Under the pieces are notes generated by a model that searched no databases, was not told where the DNA came from, and was given only the letters and a program-made list of their open reading frames with translations. A program made the translations under genes and the position numbers. This document shows positions 9,701 through 17,834 of a stretch of 24,116 bases of DNA, piece by piece. Source of the stretch: a virus (lineage: Duplodnaviria > Caudoviricetes); the IMG/VR virus record IMGVR_UViG_3300046103_000089, positions 1 to 24,116 of that record; one strand, given 5' to 3'. Positions within the stretch are counted from its first letter, which is position 1. Each line of letters opens with the position of its first letter.

Positions 9701-10874
9701 GACTACCTACTAATATAGCTTCTCCGTCTGGACCTATATCATATCTGCCAGTTCTGAAGGCTGCTTTGTCATTTATCTTATCATTTATATTTGTATATTT
9801 TTTCTTTACTAAATTACTATACTGCCTTTTAAAAGCCGCTTTACCTGCTACGGTCATACCTGCTTTACCTAAAACACCGGCCACTGCCCCTCCGCCACCG
9901 GAAATAAGAGAGGTTAAAGCCATAGGAGTAAACTGCCCTGTTGCTCTAACTATGGAAGAGAAAAAAGAGTCTAAGCTTGGCTCATCTAAAAAATTAGATA
10001 GGGACCCTAAAGGAGCCAAAGCATTTGAGGCGTCTTGGTCTGATACATCCGCCCAGTTTAAGTTAGCTTGAGCAGCTTTGTCCCGACCAGTTAAAAGGTT
10101 ACCAATGGCTTTAAATTTTTGTACGTCAGAAGCAAACTGAAAACTGCCCCCTTCAACAGCTGAGCTGAACTGTTCTCCGTAGCTAGTAGCTGTATTGCTA
10201 CCTTGTATAGGGCCTTTTGCCAAAGTTTGTGAAACAGCTTGCGTAGCCATTTGTGCATTATTAAGCATGTCCATAATAGGATTAGCAGAAATAGGGTCAG
10301 GGGAATAATACTGTTTAGGAGCTTGTTGCTGAGGAGTTTGCTGTTGGTATTGTTGCTGAGGAGCTTGCTGTTGAGCTATTTGCTGTTGGGGTTGTCCTTG
10401 AGCTATTTGTTGTTGGGGTTGCCCTTGAGATAAAGAAGCAAGACCTTCTTGAAACTGCCCAATTCTTTCAGGTGTTTGTGTGGCCCATTTAGAGTTTTGC
10501 ACCTCGTTTGAAGCGCCTTCATAGTCGCCAGCTTTTAATTTGTCCCAAGTCTGTGTGTGTTCTTTAGTCCAATTTGTCCCTAATTGAAAGTTAACAGAAC
10601 CTAGCCTTTCTAAAAATAAAGAATCATCAACCCCTAGCTCTTTAGCTTGCCTTTGAGCTGCTCTGTAAGATTTAGCAGCGTCTTTTACTAGCCAATCGTT
10701 TCGTACATCTTCAGAAACCTCATCACCTTCTTTATAGGTTTTTAACTCCGAAGGGGTTAACTTATGCCCTACACCAGCAGTTAAATGACCTTCTGTATCT
10801 TTGTATACAGCAGAGCTATTGCCTTCAACTTCTGCAGACGATAGATAATCTAAATATGACTGAGGTATTGCCAC
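3747..10874 (-). CDS. Giant internal virion (ejection) protein with N-terminal GH24 lysozyme and an HExxH metallopeptidase-like motif
   Basis: 2375 aa, GTG start. The N-terminus has the T4-lysozyme-type E-x8-D-x5-T triad (EGNSSAVYKDTEGHLT) plus FQLG and SKWATQTPER. It also has a Gln-rich linker, Gly/Ala-rich hydrophobic segments, AHEMGH at about aa 1542-1547 and a helical C-terminal region. It is the last and largest gene of the ejection cluster. Confidence 0.8.
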   Translation of the reverse strand: MAIPQSYLDYLSSAEVEGNSSAVYKDTEGHLTAGVGHKLTPSELKTYKEGDEVSEDVRNDWLVKDAAKSYRAAQRQAKELGVDDSLFLERLGSVNFQLGTNWTKEHTQTWDKLKAGDYEGASNEVQNSKWATQTPERIGQFQEGLASLSQGQPQQQIAQGQPQQQIAQQQAPQQQYQQQTPQQQAPKQYYSPDPISANPIMDMLNNAQMATQAVSQTLAKGPIQGSNTATSYGEQFSSAVEGGSFQFASDVQKFKAIGNLLTGRDKAAQANLNWADVSDQDASNALAPLGSLSNFLDEPSLDSFFSSIVRATGQFTPMALTSLISGGGGAVAGVLGKAGMTVAGKAAFKRQYSNLVKKKYTNINDKINDKAAFRTGRYDIGPDGEAILVGSLDLMKGAKVGAIAGAFGQEYLIGSSQALGEYQEAGYKLTAEEAATALVLGVPQALLGTLSEVSFAGAIGRTALREAVSQSGTAASRSAASQLVRDVVKITATSAGVESLTEGAQEGLQAMQRLNIDPEFTKQEAIMRVAEGAWAGFFAGGARGGVGGAAAGVIGMARDMAVKGAQYSADTLASMEEKGLQFEDADGVSDFLEDVVIPEGVKVGDEIDMYDALGNPYKAKVTAVSESGKSAKVIDQQGKEVLVEGAPSAVLNNVNSPEYKIKIGPNQNKPVKQLSDEELDVAITFAEESLRDSKNLSNASGNLNVALLDLNAIKLERKRRAGSGEATTSGPVQEGQTRLKAQFETMHKNDNGKNAVWVSESDRKNFIEEDVQQTRYKIDIPGQGILYTNDSDTATLAQLVDPNNQEAVEGMLKTTLGYSRLQQAGDGFVVRVVNKDGIVIDEESIDLQGRDAALAAMETKYGKDNPNYSITHLTKEDAVYDRNLEITRLKKGEKKSRSALSQRGQKLTKGEKQDIRDQEFAEAEEAGSLGALGSPKEATAVANEEIFGRAEKDAYEGDDNTAQSDFQIKGKTDFVRNEDGTVFEAKPRGTFANDTPKQKDVEQFNRELELGEIDLAPEIKEKLPQSFIRKFNKISRENEGLQLTIREGALGYIIATQTIPGAQGKSSALLAEEGVKEAKQLARAQAVLKVGSNTEKINVELKKGWGLIDKDTKEVTYVSMVHLTNVGRNINAKKERVDQQSGDLRTARDGLTTILGEVAVNYDLQYNGKTLVNEIVDSKTGEITYTPGGSQEISNAPAYSQDGQIKTVKDLLGTNNQETKDGDPTSELYETDSVSEPVRNEEGKLQFTESGRQKNRRVAPSVFDPNDLSRDENRTSGQMESPEIRTPQVLQYRTNEAQLDPYTASRGPINVFEEVARFQARKKKGFIPTKKGMAFTDVAAENREIENAKELRKENATAEERLELRGPEQSIDPSTDAINAALDENVTVRETKVREDLDGRVLKDKDGFPLFVKFTPKDKRTPLRTKKGKQARPANVHVSASLNKALPGIKDLFINFSKRNFFGLHRDVYIMDQNASALQKITSLLPKETAEIVNAKAKEWRNNPNKKGRIVSIGNTDFIFVKVSPKGKRNAASSLESYLTLAHEMGHVIFLNERGRSLANPTLRTKLIEAYTEDRKSGVYDAYNFNEGFDEWYADQVGTRLLADAATDVASNAPNRVFVNGHFKQVFNKIKSLFRNVSNHIKQRFKTNPVFSEYINTVTEAYKTSTRTEFNTKYAPPSYIEDAYVADMADDSMRLAKAAGLSKKVAIKVRESAKKILSLSNKKGVEFITYAADNYLGTLGRGGSILRGMFYQQSQTISKTGRGYLNIRNPLVNQFVGEMATAIGLTTKDKTITDSARAILLEAEDNTIPDNKLSPKAKAARQVLTNFKRNYLDRMVEETGRTDLSFKELFDEDANGDKISYFTRQINVQEIRDNPVAKENLVKALVKYNDMSEKSARASVDAIIADGDGGSIEGLSSTKADVGNPYKLGMPSSRERTLRKIPTKILREGGLLIAPEHAIRKYFDSAIKRTEFERRGGTEKVQTALNLIKDPVDRARAEETVMALLGKSDRILHPWFKNAQSAVLTWNIITLLTFATLASLPDLAGPVLRSKDFGALMPAVRTIVKAIKDPAELRALANEIGVVARQSMETMYINGAELEAMNEGSRKIAEGFFKYTGLEWYTQFTRVFATGMAEQFLMKHANSKTDTSTRYLAELNVSRADILNSTDPATGKFMFEGDRGQRVKMAMAQFVEESIVRPNAAERPTWVNDPRLQLVWQLKSFFYAYGKNVVGGALREGQTRWNNGEGIGGPATLLALGGLTLLPLTMVGLELRELSKDLLAKALPFTGGGSRMYRTDNMDWPSYIIEIFDRSGVFGPWTMLMPMIEAEKFGDSFIVPPFGPTAEKIEDFLDEGFAGIIDRSVPLYSSVGGVGAGFR
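10320..10427 (-). repeat. Gln-rich low-complexity linker containing a 27-nt tandem duplication
   Basis: ttgagctatttgctgttggggttgtcc (10371-10397) and ttgagctatttgttgttggggttgccc (10398-10424); encodes QGQPQQQIA twice, then QQQAPQQQYQQQTPQQQAP. Confidence 0.85.
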
Positions 10875-10877
10875 ACT

Positions 10878-13127
10878 TTACACTTTTGTTGATAAACCAT
10901 TAGCTCTAGCCGATGCTTCAGCAAAATTTAATAGAAGGTCAACGGCTGCTGCGTCCATATTATTTTGTAGTTTAGCAATAGTTATTTGGCCGCCTTTTTG
11001 TTGGTTATTCTCTCCTATAGTAGCTATCCAACCACCATTAGAAAGAGTCGGTCTATCAAGGGTTAAGTTACCAGCTTTATCATAAAATCTTACATTAGGG
11101 GTTATTCTAAACCCACCACCATTTTGCCCCCCTGTAAACCAAGTTTTTATGGTGTTTATAAAGCCTTCTTGGCTTTCGTTCTCCATGTATTTCATTAACA
11201 TTAAGCCTACGCTTTGAGAATACAGGTGTATATCTGCGGGCCTTTGAGCGGTTGACATATCTGCCGCTAGTTGCTGGGCAAAATTACCCTCCTTTAAATC
11301 ATCCAGGTCATACTCAGTAGCAACTCCCTCTTTTCCAACTAATAGTTCATTATACTTATCTATTTTCTTCATTACGCCGTCTGAGGCTTCATTTGCGTAT
11401 TGTTTTTGTAACTGTATTGAGGCTGTGGTATTTGCAAGTTTTGCTGGGTCTAAGGTCATAAGACCTGTCTGCTCAAATATAGCTAACATAGGGGCATAAA
11501 GGTTATGTAAGTCTTGTGGTATAGAAGCTAAAACTGTTTTAGACACATTTATTCTAGCTGCGTTGCTATAAGCCGCCATATTAACCTGTTGGTTACTAGG
11601 GTTTGTATTTTTAGCAATAACAGTAGCAACGGCGCTTGCGTCTTCATCTGTAGGGTTACCTGTAACACCTCCCTTAACAGTGCCTTGGATGTTTTTGCCT
11701 ACGTTAAGCATATCTACTCTTTCTTTGGATGATGGCTCTTCATTTATTAACCTGCCCTTTTTGTTGTATTTAGGGTTATTAGCAAAAGCTATTGGGTCTT
11801 CTTTAAATTCTTTAAATGCTTCTGGATTAGTAGCCAAATAAGAGTAAATTTGGCCTTCGTTGTCTGCATAAAACTTATTTGCTTTATCTTTAGCCTGTCG
11901 TTGAGAAGTAGACATGCCCCTTTCAGCTATTTTTTTACCATCTTTATAATCCATAGGATTGTTTCTGACACTACTAAATAGACCACCTTCACGAGCGCTT
12001 GACCCTTCAGGCATGAGTATGAGTTTTGCACGGTCTTGTATAGATTTATAAGTTATAGCTCTAGAAGCGTATTTATAAGCCTCTTGTTCTTCAGTCGTTA
12101 AAGAATCAAACTGTCCCTGTGTCATATTAAATGGTACATCTGGATTAGTCTCTATATAACCTTCATATTCTCCTATTGTACTCGCGTCTACATACGCAGG
12201 GGTAGCAGGGTCGTTTTCTAGCCTGAACCCACCCTCAATAGCGGAGTATGCATTGCCCCCTGCAGTTGTTAACTGAGGTAAAAAATCAGCTAGTTTATCC
12301 TCCATAGGAACATTTTCTATTTCAGGCCTAGAACCGTCTGCGTCTGTTTGACCACTTGGATTTGCGGGGGAATAAGTTATACCAACACCTTGGTTATCTC
12401 CTGATTGATCATCTACTATTGTACTATCACCATTTAATGCATCTTTTCCTTCTTTTTCAGTAGCATTCCTATCACCCCAATTACGTATTGAAGCATCTGC
12501 TGCTGCTATTTGTGCTGGGGCTAGCTCACCTAGCTGTGCTAATTGGCCCCCGGCTCGTCTTACACCAACAGAATAATTTCTAAAAACTTGGTTAGCTGAA
12601 TCAAGATCTAAGTCTTGATACTCACCACCGTCTGCTGCTTTTTTACCCTCACCAGTGAATCTTTCAGAATAAACGTAATTTTTACCCTCTTCATCTGTGT
12701 CATAAGTTCCTACATTAACCTTTATTTGTTTTTTGCCATCATCCCCTTCAATTATATTAAAATCAGTTATAAATTTATTTTTGCCCAATGACCCCGCACC
12801 AAACCCAGTACGGTTAAATATTTTTATAGCCTCTTCTTTCCCATACACTTTTGCAAAATCGTCTAAACCATAGTCATTCGCCCCTTTTTTAGTACCATCA
12901 GCATGTACTAATGGTATTCCTTTACGTTGTGCTGTATTAGTAAGGCCTGTAATTGCGGTGTCCATTTTTGCAGCATACTGCGTCATGGACCTGTCTTCTT
13001 GCTGGTTATTAAACTCAGCTGCAGCCATGTCTTGCATTTGCATTTGAGATTGAACTTGGCGGTTTCTATCAGCATAACCTGCGGCTCTTTGAAACCCACC
13101 TAAAAAACCGTCTACTAAATTTGCCAT
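10878..13127 (-). CDS. Putative internal virion / ejection protein
   Basis: 749 aa, N-terminal MANLVDGFLGGF followed by a Q-rich helix; sits between the small ejection genes and the giant lysozyme-bearing gene. Confidence 0.6.
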   Translation of the reverse strand: MANLVDGFLGGFQRAAGYADRNRQVQSQMQMQDMAAAEFNNQQEDRSMTQYAAKMDTAITGLTNTAQRKGIPLVHADGTKKGANDYGLDDFAKVYGKEEAIKIFNRTGFGAGSLGKNKFITDFNIIEGDDGKKQIKVNVGTYDTDEEGKNYVYSERFTGEGKKAADGGEYQDLDLDSANQVFRNYSVGVRRAGGQLAQLGELAPAQIAAADASIRNWGDRNATEKEGKDALNGDSTIVDDQSGDNQGVGITYSPANPSGQTDADGSRPEIENVPMEDKLADFLPQLTTAGGNAYSAIEGGFRLENDPATPAYVDASTIGEYEGYIETNPDVPFNMTQGQFDSLTTEEQEAYKYASRAITYKSIQDRAKLILMPEGSSAREGGLFSSVRNNPMDYKDGKKIAERGMSTSQRQAKDKANKFYADNEGQIYSYLATNPEAFKEFKEDPIAFANNPKYNKKGRLINEEPSSKERVDMLNVGKNIQGTVKGGVTGNPTDEDASAVATVIAKNTNPSNQQVNMAAYSNAARINVSKTVLASIPQDLHNLYAPMLAIFEQTGLMTLDPAKLANTTASIQLQKQYANEASDGVMKKIDKYNELLVGKEGVATEYDLDDLKEGNFAQQLAADMSTAQRPADIHLYSQSVGLMLMKYMENESQEGFINTIKTWFTGGQNGGGFRITPNVRFYDKAGNLTLDRPTLSNGGWIATIGENNQQKGGQITIAKLQNNMDAAAVDLLLNFAEASARANGLSTKV

Positions 13128-13131
13128 AATA

Positions 13132-13731
13132 TTATATTGCGAACGCTAGTATTGCTGCGGAAGCTAAGCTACCCACCATACCAGCATTCTGTGCTTTTGC
13201 ATTTGCTTTAGCTGAAGAGTAAGCCTGCTTTCTAGAAGACGCATCTTGAGCTGCACTTTGCATTTGTGACATAGAACTTCTGTTAACCCCTTGCCCTATA
13301 TTAATTAAATCGGCTAATTTTTTTGTATTAGCTTCTTCTTGGGCTATTCTTGAATTGTTTAAACTATTAGCCATAGTTAAAGAACTACCCCTTTGATTAG
13401 CCCTTGTTTGTTCTTGTTTCTGAGCAGGAGTTAACTCACCACCATACCTTTCTAAATTTCTTTGTTGTACCCCTTGAGCTATTTGAGATTGTTGTGCTGC
13501 ATCTCTAGCGCCCCCGTCAATTAGTGAGGTGTCGGTTTGTGCGGACTGTATCTGTTCTTCTTCAAACCCGCGAAAGTCTCTTATGTAATTGTAGTACTCA
13601 CTTTTATTTATATCAGCATAAGTTTTTTCAGGGTCGGACACAGTAGGTAAGCCCCCTAAGTATGAGTCTACTTGGGGTTGGCTTGCTTTAAGTTTTTCTT
13701 CTAAGCCAGAAACCATATTAGAAAATGCCAT
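13132..13731 (-). CDS. Putative internal virion / ejection protein
   Basis: 199 aa, Q/A/S-rich and helical-looking, with a hydrophobic C-terminus (GMVGSLASAAILAFAI); gene order fits. Confidence 0.6.
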   Translation of the reverse strand: MAFSNMVSGLEEKLKASQPQVDSYLGGLPTVSDPEKTYADINKSEYYNYIRDFRGFEEEQIQSAQTDTSLIDGGARDAAQQSQIAQGVQQRNLERYGGELTPAQKQEQTRANQRGSSLTMANSLNNSRIAQEEANTKKLADLINIGQGVNRSSMSQMQSAAQDASSRKQAYSSAKANAKAQNAGMVGSLASAAILAFAI

Positions 13732-14372
13732 TAGCCACCCCCAAAGATACTTGCAAAAACATTTTGACTCGGGCCCCTAGTTTGTTTGTAGTTGTTCTCC
13801 GCGCTACCCTGTTGTGTTATTTTCCCAGGTTTCTTCCAATATGAACCAGTATCTGCGCTGTTTTCACCCATTTGACCTAAGAACGTACCGGCAGTTGACG
13901 CTAAAGCTCCAGCTCTAGCAGATCTTACCGATTGTTTATCTCTAGCAGCACTTAGCAACGAACTTGTAGCCATTCTAGAAGCGGCACCTAACCCAGTGGC
14001 GGCATCTGATTGTTGACCTCTAGCTGTGCCTAATACATTCGCTTGCATGTTTGTGGCTATATCTTTCCCTTTCATTCTAGCTTGTAGCTGTTGACCTACC
14101 GCACCTGACGCCATGTTAGCCGCATAGTCTACGCCTTGGACCACAGCTAAATTAGGCCTACCGCCTGTGAGGGCTTGCATACTGTCCGCTTGCGCTCTAT
14201 CTTGCAATACGTCTGTATATTTGTCTTGGGCTCCAGAAGCTTTATCCCTCATCTGTCTTAACAGAGGGGCATAAGTTTCTTGAAAGTAATCTTGCTCTGC
14301 TGCTGCTATAGAAGCATTAGCTTTTTCACTCTCGCTTGCTTTATATTCTTCTTTTTTTGGTGATTTTGCCAT
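13731..14372 (-). CDS. Putative internal virion / ejection protein
   Basis: 213 aa, A/G/Q-rich and helical-looking; TAATG overlaps on both sides; follows the GNAT-like gene as T7 gp14 follows gp13. Confidence 0.6.
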   Translation of the reverse strand: MAKSPKKEEYKASESEKANASIAAAEQDYFQETYAPLLRQMRDKASGAQDKYTDVLQDRAQADSMQALTGGRPNLAVVQGVDYAANMASGAVGQQLQARMKGKDIATNMQANVLGTARGQQSDAATGLGAASRMATSSLLSAARDKQSVRSARAGALASTAGTFLGQMGENSADTGSYWKKPGKITQQGSAENNYKQTRGPSQNVFASIFGGG

Positions 14373-14794
14373 TACATATCCTTCCTATAAACATAACTTA
14401 CTAATTTAAATCCAAAGGCCGGTGCAACTTTGCTCCACCCTTCCCTACTCGTTTGAAACTCAATATTATCTGCTTGTATTTTTGTTGCAAGCTTTTCCAA
14501 TAATTCAAACCCCTCTTTTGCATACCCGTACTTAGGATCTTGGTAAGCCGCCCAAACATATAGAGTGGGTCCGCCCCCGTGGTTTTGTTGTGTACTGGTA
14601 ATAATAAATGCAACATTTTTATCCCCTTTGTATCCAATATATAAATCTGCATCTTTATTTTTTAAAGCTACGTACACATCTGCTGGAACCCAATCCGAGT
14701 AACTTTTCTTTATTATATATCTTAACTTTTTTTCTATTTCCTCATAAACAAATTGTAAATCATCTACGTGTATCTTACTAAATTTTATTCCCAT
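14372..14794 (-). CDS. GNAT-fold (acetyltransferase-like) virion assembly protein
   Basis: 140 aa, LYVWAAY...LEKLA......IEFQTSREGWSKVAPAFGFK pattern; same position as T7 gp13 / P22 gp14 analogues. Confidence 0.6.
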   Translation of the reverse strand: MGIKFSKIHVDDLQFVYEEIEKKLRYIIKKSYSDWVPADVYVALKNKDADLYIGYKGDKNVAFIITSTQQNHGGGPTLYVWAAYQDPKYGYAKEGFELLEKLATKIQADNIEFQTSREGWSKVAPAFGFKLVSYVYRKDM

Positions 14795-15475
14795 TTAACC
14801 GTTCTCCGATCCATACCTCCGGTATCGCCTATTTGCACCTACTCCTACACCACCATATGTAACTTTCCTAGATACCCCTATATTAGCCTTTCTAGCTTTT
14901 ATAGAAGCCTCTTCTACTTGCTGCCTAAATAAGCCGGCGTAGTCTGCTGCAGCTGCTGGGTCGGTCCAATCTCTTGCTGGCATACGTAACAGTCTATATA
15001 AAGACCCATAAACAATAGCGTCTCTGTAATCATCCGCAATTTCAGTTGCTATGTTATTAGAGGTTCTAGAAGGTTTTAAAGAAACATTCATTATAATAGC
15101 GTTACTTAAAGACGAATCTGGTACTGGAACTAACCAAAATGTATCTGGTGATTGTTGTATAAAATGTTTTGGGGTGCTTGTATTACTACGCCATTTAGGG
15201 TTTTGCCCTTCTAACCCTCTAGGGGTAATTGCTTCTAAGTCAGTACCATCATATATGGCCCATACTATCTTATCTACTTTAGTACCTACTGGCTGATCAA
15301 ACTCGTACTCATATATACCAGCGGTAGTACTTATAGGGTCCAATTCTTTTGTGTAGACGCCGGCTTTCTCGCAAAGTTCTATTGAGGAAGAACGTAAAGA
15401 GTTTTCTACAACCGAGTCCGGGCAACCCGGGACGTACGGAAGTACATCTCTCATTATTGAATCAAAACTAGCCAA
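14795..15475 (-). CDS. Head-tail adaptor / tail tubular A-like protein 2
   Basis: 226 aa, TTG start with AGGAG RBS; PYVPGCPD..., TPKHFIQ...FWLVPVPD, DDYRDAIVYGSLYRL. Confidence 0.65.
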   Translation of the reverse strand: MASFDSIMRDVLPYVPGCPDSVVENSLRSSSIELCEKAGVYTKELDPISTTAGIYEYEFDQPVGTKVDKIVWAIYDGTDLEAITPRGLEGQNPKWRSNTSTPKHFIQQSPDTFWLVPVPDSSLSNAIIMNVSLKPSRTSNNIATEIADDYRDAIVYGSLYRLLRMPARDWTDPAAAADYAGLFRQQVEEASIKARKANIGVSRKVTYGGVGVGANRRYRRYGSENG

Positions 15476-16187
15476 CTTGTACTCCTACCGGGGGTGGTGC
15501 GTTTCTTATAGGGTCTAAGTTAGGGCTTGAAGAATTACTAATCTGGGCCCCATTACCTATACTTGTGTTAAACAAGGCAAAATGTGCTTGAGCTCTTTGC
15601 TGGTTACCAGCATTTTCTGCGTCTTTCATAAACGCTCTGTACAAAGCATAGTCTACAACTGCGTTTGCATATATATCGTCTACGTCTAGAGTAGCAGATG
15701 TATTCGCTAAGTCTGAGGGTGCGTCTGAATATACTATCTCTATAAAAGTACTTGTAGAAGAAGCCCCTGGATATACATAGTATCTTCTAGGGTCGTCTTC
15801 ATCAAAAATGTAATGTTTTACTATAGTACTATGAGCTGCATCCCCTGTAACTGTAGGGTCATGCCAGCTTGGCTCTTGTGTATCTAGAATATCTTGTTCT
15901 ACTAGCCTTATAGTTCTTCCACCTGTTGCACTGCTGCCAGCAGCTGAAACATTACGTACAACTTTTAATAGTCGTAGTGCTGCTGATGGTATGGACTGTG
16001 CAGTACCTACTGCTAAAGCTATGTTAGCAGAAGTAGACGTTGCTTCAGGTCTTATATTAACAATTTCTCTTTGCCCATCGTTTATATAACGAAGAAGCTC
16101 TGCTTCTGTCCAACGTACATTACTAGGGTCTTGAAGCGTATCTTCAATCCTTAGTAATAAATTAGCACCTGTTATTGTTCCCGCCAT
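15468..16187 (-). CDS. Head-tail adaptor protein 1 (DUF6682-like)
   Basis: 239 aa; LQDP..VRWTEAELLRYINDGQREI...RP, YYVYP, YANAVVDYALYRAFMKDAE, a typical podovirus adaptor pattern. Confidence 0.7.
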   Translation of the reverse strand: MAGTITGANLLLRIEDTLQDPSNVRWTEAELLRYINDGQREIVNIRPEATSTSANIALAVGTAQSIPSAALRLLKVVRNVSAAGSSATGGRTIRLVEQDILDTQEPSWHDPTVTGDAAHSTIVKHYIFDEDDPRRYYVYPGASSTSTFIEIVYSDAPSDLANTSATLDVDDIYANAVVDYALYRAFMKDAENAGNQQRAQAHFALFNTSIGNGAQISNSSSPNLDPIRNAPPPVGVQVG

Positions 16188-16193
16188 AGCTCA

Positions 16194-16589
16194 TTATTCC
16201 ACTATTAGTTTGGCCCATGTTTCATCTCTTTCTTCAGATGTAACTTGTTCGCCAAATACTTTTTTTATTACGGACTGCTTTGGCATCCCGTCTGTTGTAA
16301 AATCTTTTGGGTCTCCATTATCTATTATCTGTTGTATCGCTGCCTCTAGTTTTTCTGATCTAGAATTATCTTCTACCTCAACTACTATCTCGGCCTCTTC
16401 TACTTTTTCTTCCTCTCTAGCTATAAGAGAAGGGTTTCTAAGTGGTGAGTCTTCAACTCTTCTTGCGCCTGCTTGTAAAGCTAAAAGGCCCATGTCATCT
16501 CCGACTTCTTTTTCTTGGTCAGCATATAATCTAATAGATGCCCCCCATGTTGATGATATATACATATCTTCGTGTGCTATTACTTTCAT
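16194..16589 (-). CDS. Hypothetical capsid-adjacent protein with a small C-terminal helical domain
   Basis: 131 aa, AAGGAG RBS; C-terminal DFTTDGMPK...VTSEERDETW resembles small domains encoded just after capsid genes (Mu gp35-like, from memory). Confidence 0.6.
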   Translation of the reverse strand: MKVIAHEDMYISSTWGASIRLYADQEKEVGDDMGLLALQAGARRVEDSPLRNPSLIAREEEKVEEAEIVVEVEDNSRSEKLEAAIQQIIDNGDPKDFTTDGMPKQSVIKKVFGEQVTSEERDETWAKLIVE

Positions 16590-16605
16590 AATTACTCCTT
16601 AAATT

Positions 16606-16646
16606 AAAAATAAAGGAAAGCCACCAAAAAGATGGCTTTCACTTTA
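16606..16646 (-). terminator. Intrinsic terminator after the major capsid gene
   Basis: Minus strand GAAAGCCATC-TTTTT-GGTGGCTTTC (10-bp stem with one GU pair) followed by CTTTATTTTT, just downstream of the capsid stop codon. Confidence 0.85.
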
Positions 16647-16658
16647 ATTGAACTTGAT

Positions 16659-17807
16659 TTAGCCGTAAGCAACATCAAGTCTGATTACACCAAAATCCTC
16701 TACAGCGCCATTAATGTCGCTTTGGAATTTAGGCTTCCTAAGACCGAATATTTTTCCTACAGAAATACCATTTTGGTTTCCGTAGTCAAAATTATCTTCA
16801 ACCATATCCGGCAGTCCGATATCAGCCATTGCAAGAGCTTGAGCTCCACAGAACAATGAAGCAGAACCATTGACATCAGCGTCAGCGCCCCACTTGTATC
16901 CAGCGGATCCAGCATTTCCTGATGCACCAGTAGTAGCACCAGACGTATTAAATACGTGTCTGAATTCGTGAACCATTACTCCATCAACCATTAAGCTTGA
17001 AGAACCAGAGAACAAAGTTGAATTTGGTCCTCTAATACCAGCATTCCTGACGTTAGCCAAGAAGTCTGAATCAAGTTTAAGGTCGGCCATTACTTGTGGG
17101 GTTACAAAAAGATGGAATATCTCTTCGTTACCAGCGCCTCTTAAACCACGGATGTAGTTGTCTTTAGCGTAGGCTTTTAGGTCCACAATTGCACCGTAAG
17201 TTAGTTTGTCAGCTGCAACAGTTGCAGTAACATCACCAGCTACGATACCATTAGTAGCATCAAATCTTCTATGTCTATTAGACGATGGAGCGGAAACATC
17301 GCTTCCAAAAGCGAGATCACCTAGATTTTGACCTGAAGTATAAACAGGTCTTAATGCACCATTATTTTTCTGTGTGTATGAAATACCAGAAAGCGTTAAA
17401 AACGCTAATTGGTCGATTCTATCAGCTATTGCGTAAGCAAGAGCATCTCTAGAATTTTCACGGAAATTAACCACAGATTTTTGATCAGCTAGTCTCCCTG
17501 CAAGTCTGTTAGCAAACCTGAGTTGATCTAGTTGAACAGTTATGTCGAATGCACGTAATGATTCTTCATTACCTTCTAGAGTGTTATCTCCAGTTATACC
17601 ATCACCTGTCATATCGGCTAAAAGCGTTAATACGGCTTTAGCTCCTTTTTCAGATTTAGTAAGTTCACTTATTCTTTGGACCATAGCGTTGGACCCAGAA
17701 CCAGCAAACTGGTTGATGAAAGACATGTTACGAGCAACGCGCCAGAAATCACGTGACCAAGCCGTAAGTTGTTCGGTGGTCAGTGACGCAAAATTAGTAT
17801 TAGCCAT
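16659..17807 (-). CDS. Major capsid protein (N4-gp56 / DUF4043-like)
   Basis: 382 aa, follows portal and scaffold; G.TGDNTLEGNEESL, DQLRFANR, FRENSRDALAY, FCGAQALA, FDYGNQ.GISVGKIFG motifs; strong AGGAG RBS and a downstream terminator. Confidence 0.9.
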   Translation of the reverse strand: MANTNFASLTTEQLTAWSRDFWRVARNMSFINQFAGSGSNAMVQRISELTKSEKGAKAVLTLLADMTGDGITGDNTLEGNEESLRAFDITVQLDQLRFANRLAGRLADQKSVVNFRENSRDALAYAIADRIDQLAFLTLSGISYTQKNNGALRPVYTSGQNLGDLAFGSDVSAPSSNRHRRFDATNGIVAGDVTATVAADKLTYGAIVDLKAYAKDNYIRGLRGAGNEEIFHLFVTPQVMADLKLDSDFLANVRNAGIRGPNSTLFSGSSSLMVDGVMVHEFRHVFNTSGATTGASGNAGSAGYKWGADADVNGSASLFCGAQALAMADIGLPDMVEDNFDYGNQNGISVGKIFGLRKPKFQSDINGAVEDFGVIRLDVAYG

Positions 17808-17834
17808 TATAGCTTCTCCTATATTATGTTATTT

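Noticed and set aside
3853-10433. Multiple plus-strand and alternate-frame ORFs within the 2375-aa gene
   Set aside because: They are fully nested in a long coherent gene; antisense open frames are expected from codon bias.
16590-16700. Programmed frameshift or readthrough extending the capsid protein, as in T7 10A/10B
   Set aside because: I see no slippery sequence near the capsid stop, which is TAA followed by a terminator, and the next gene has its own RBS.
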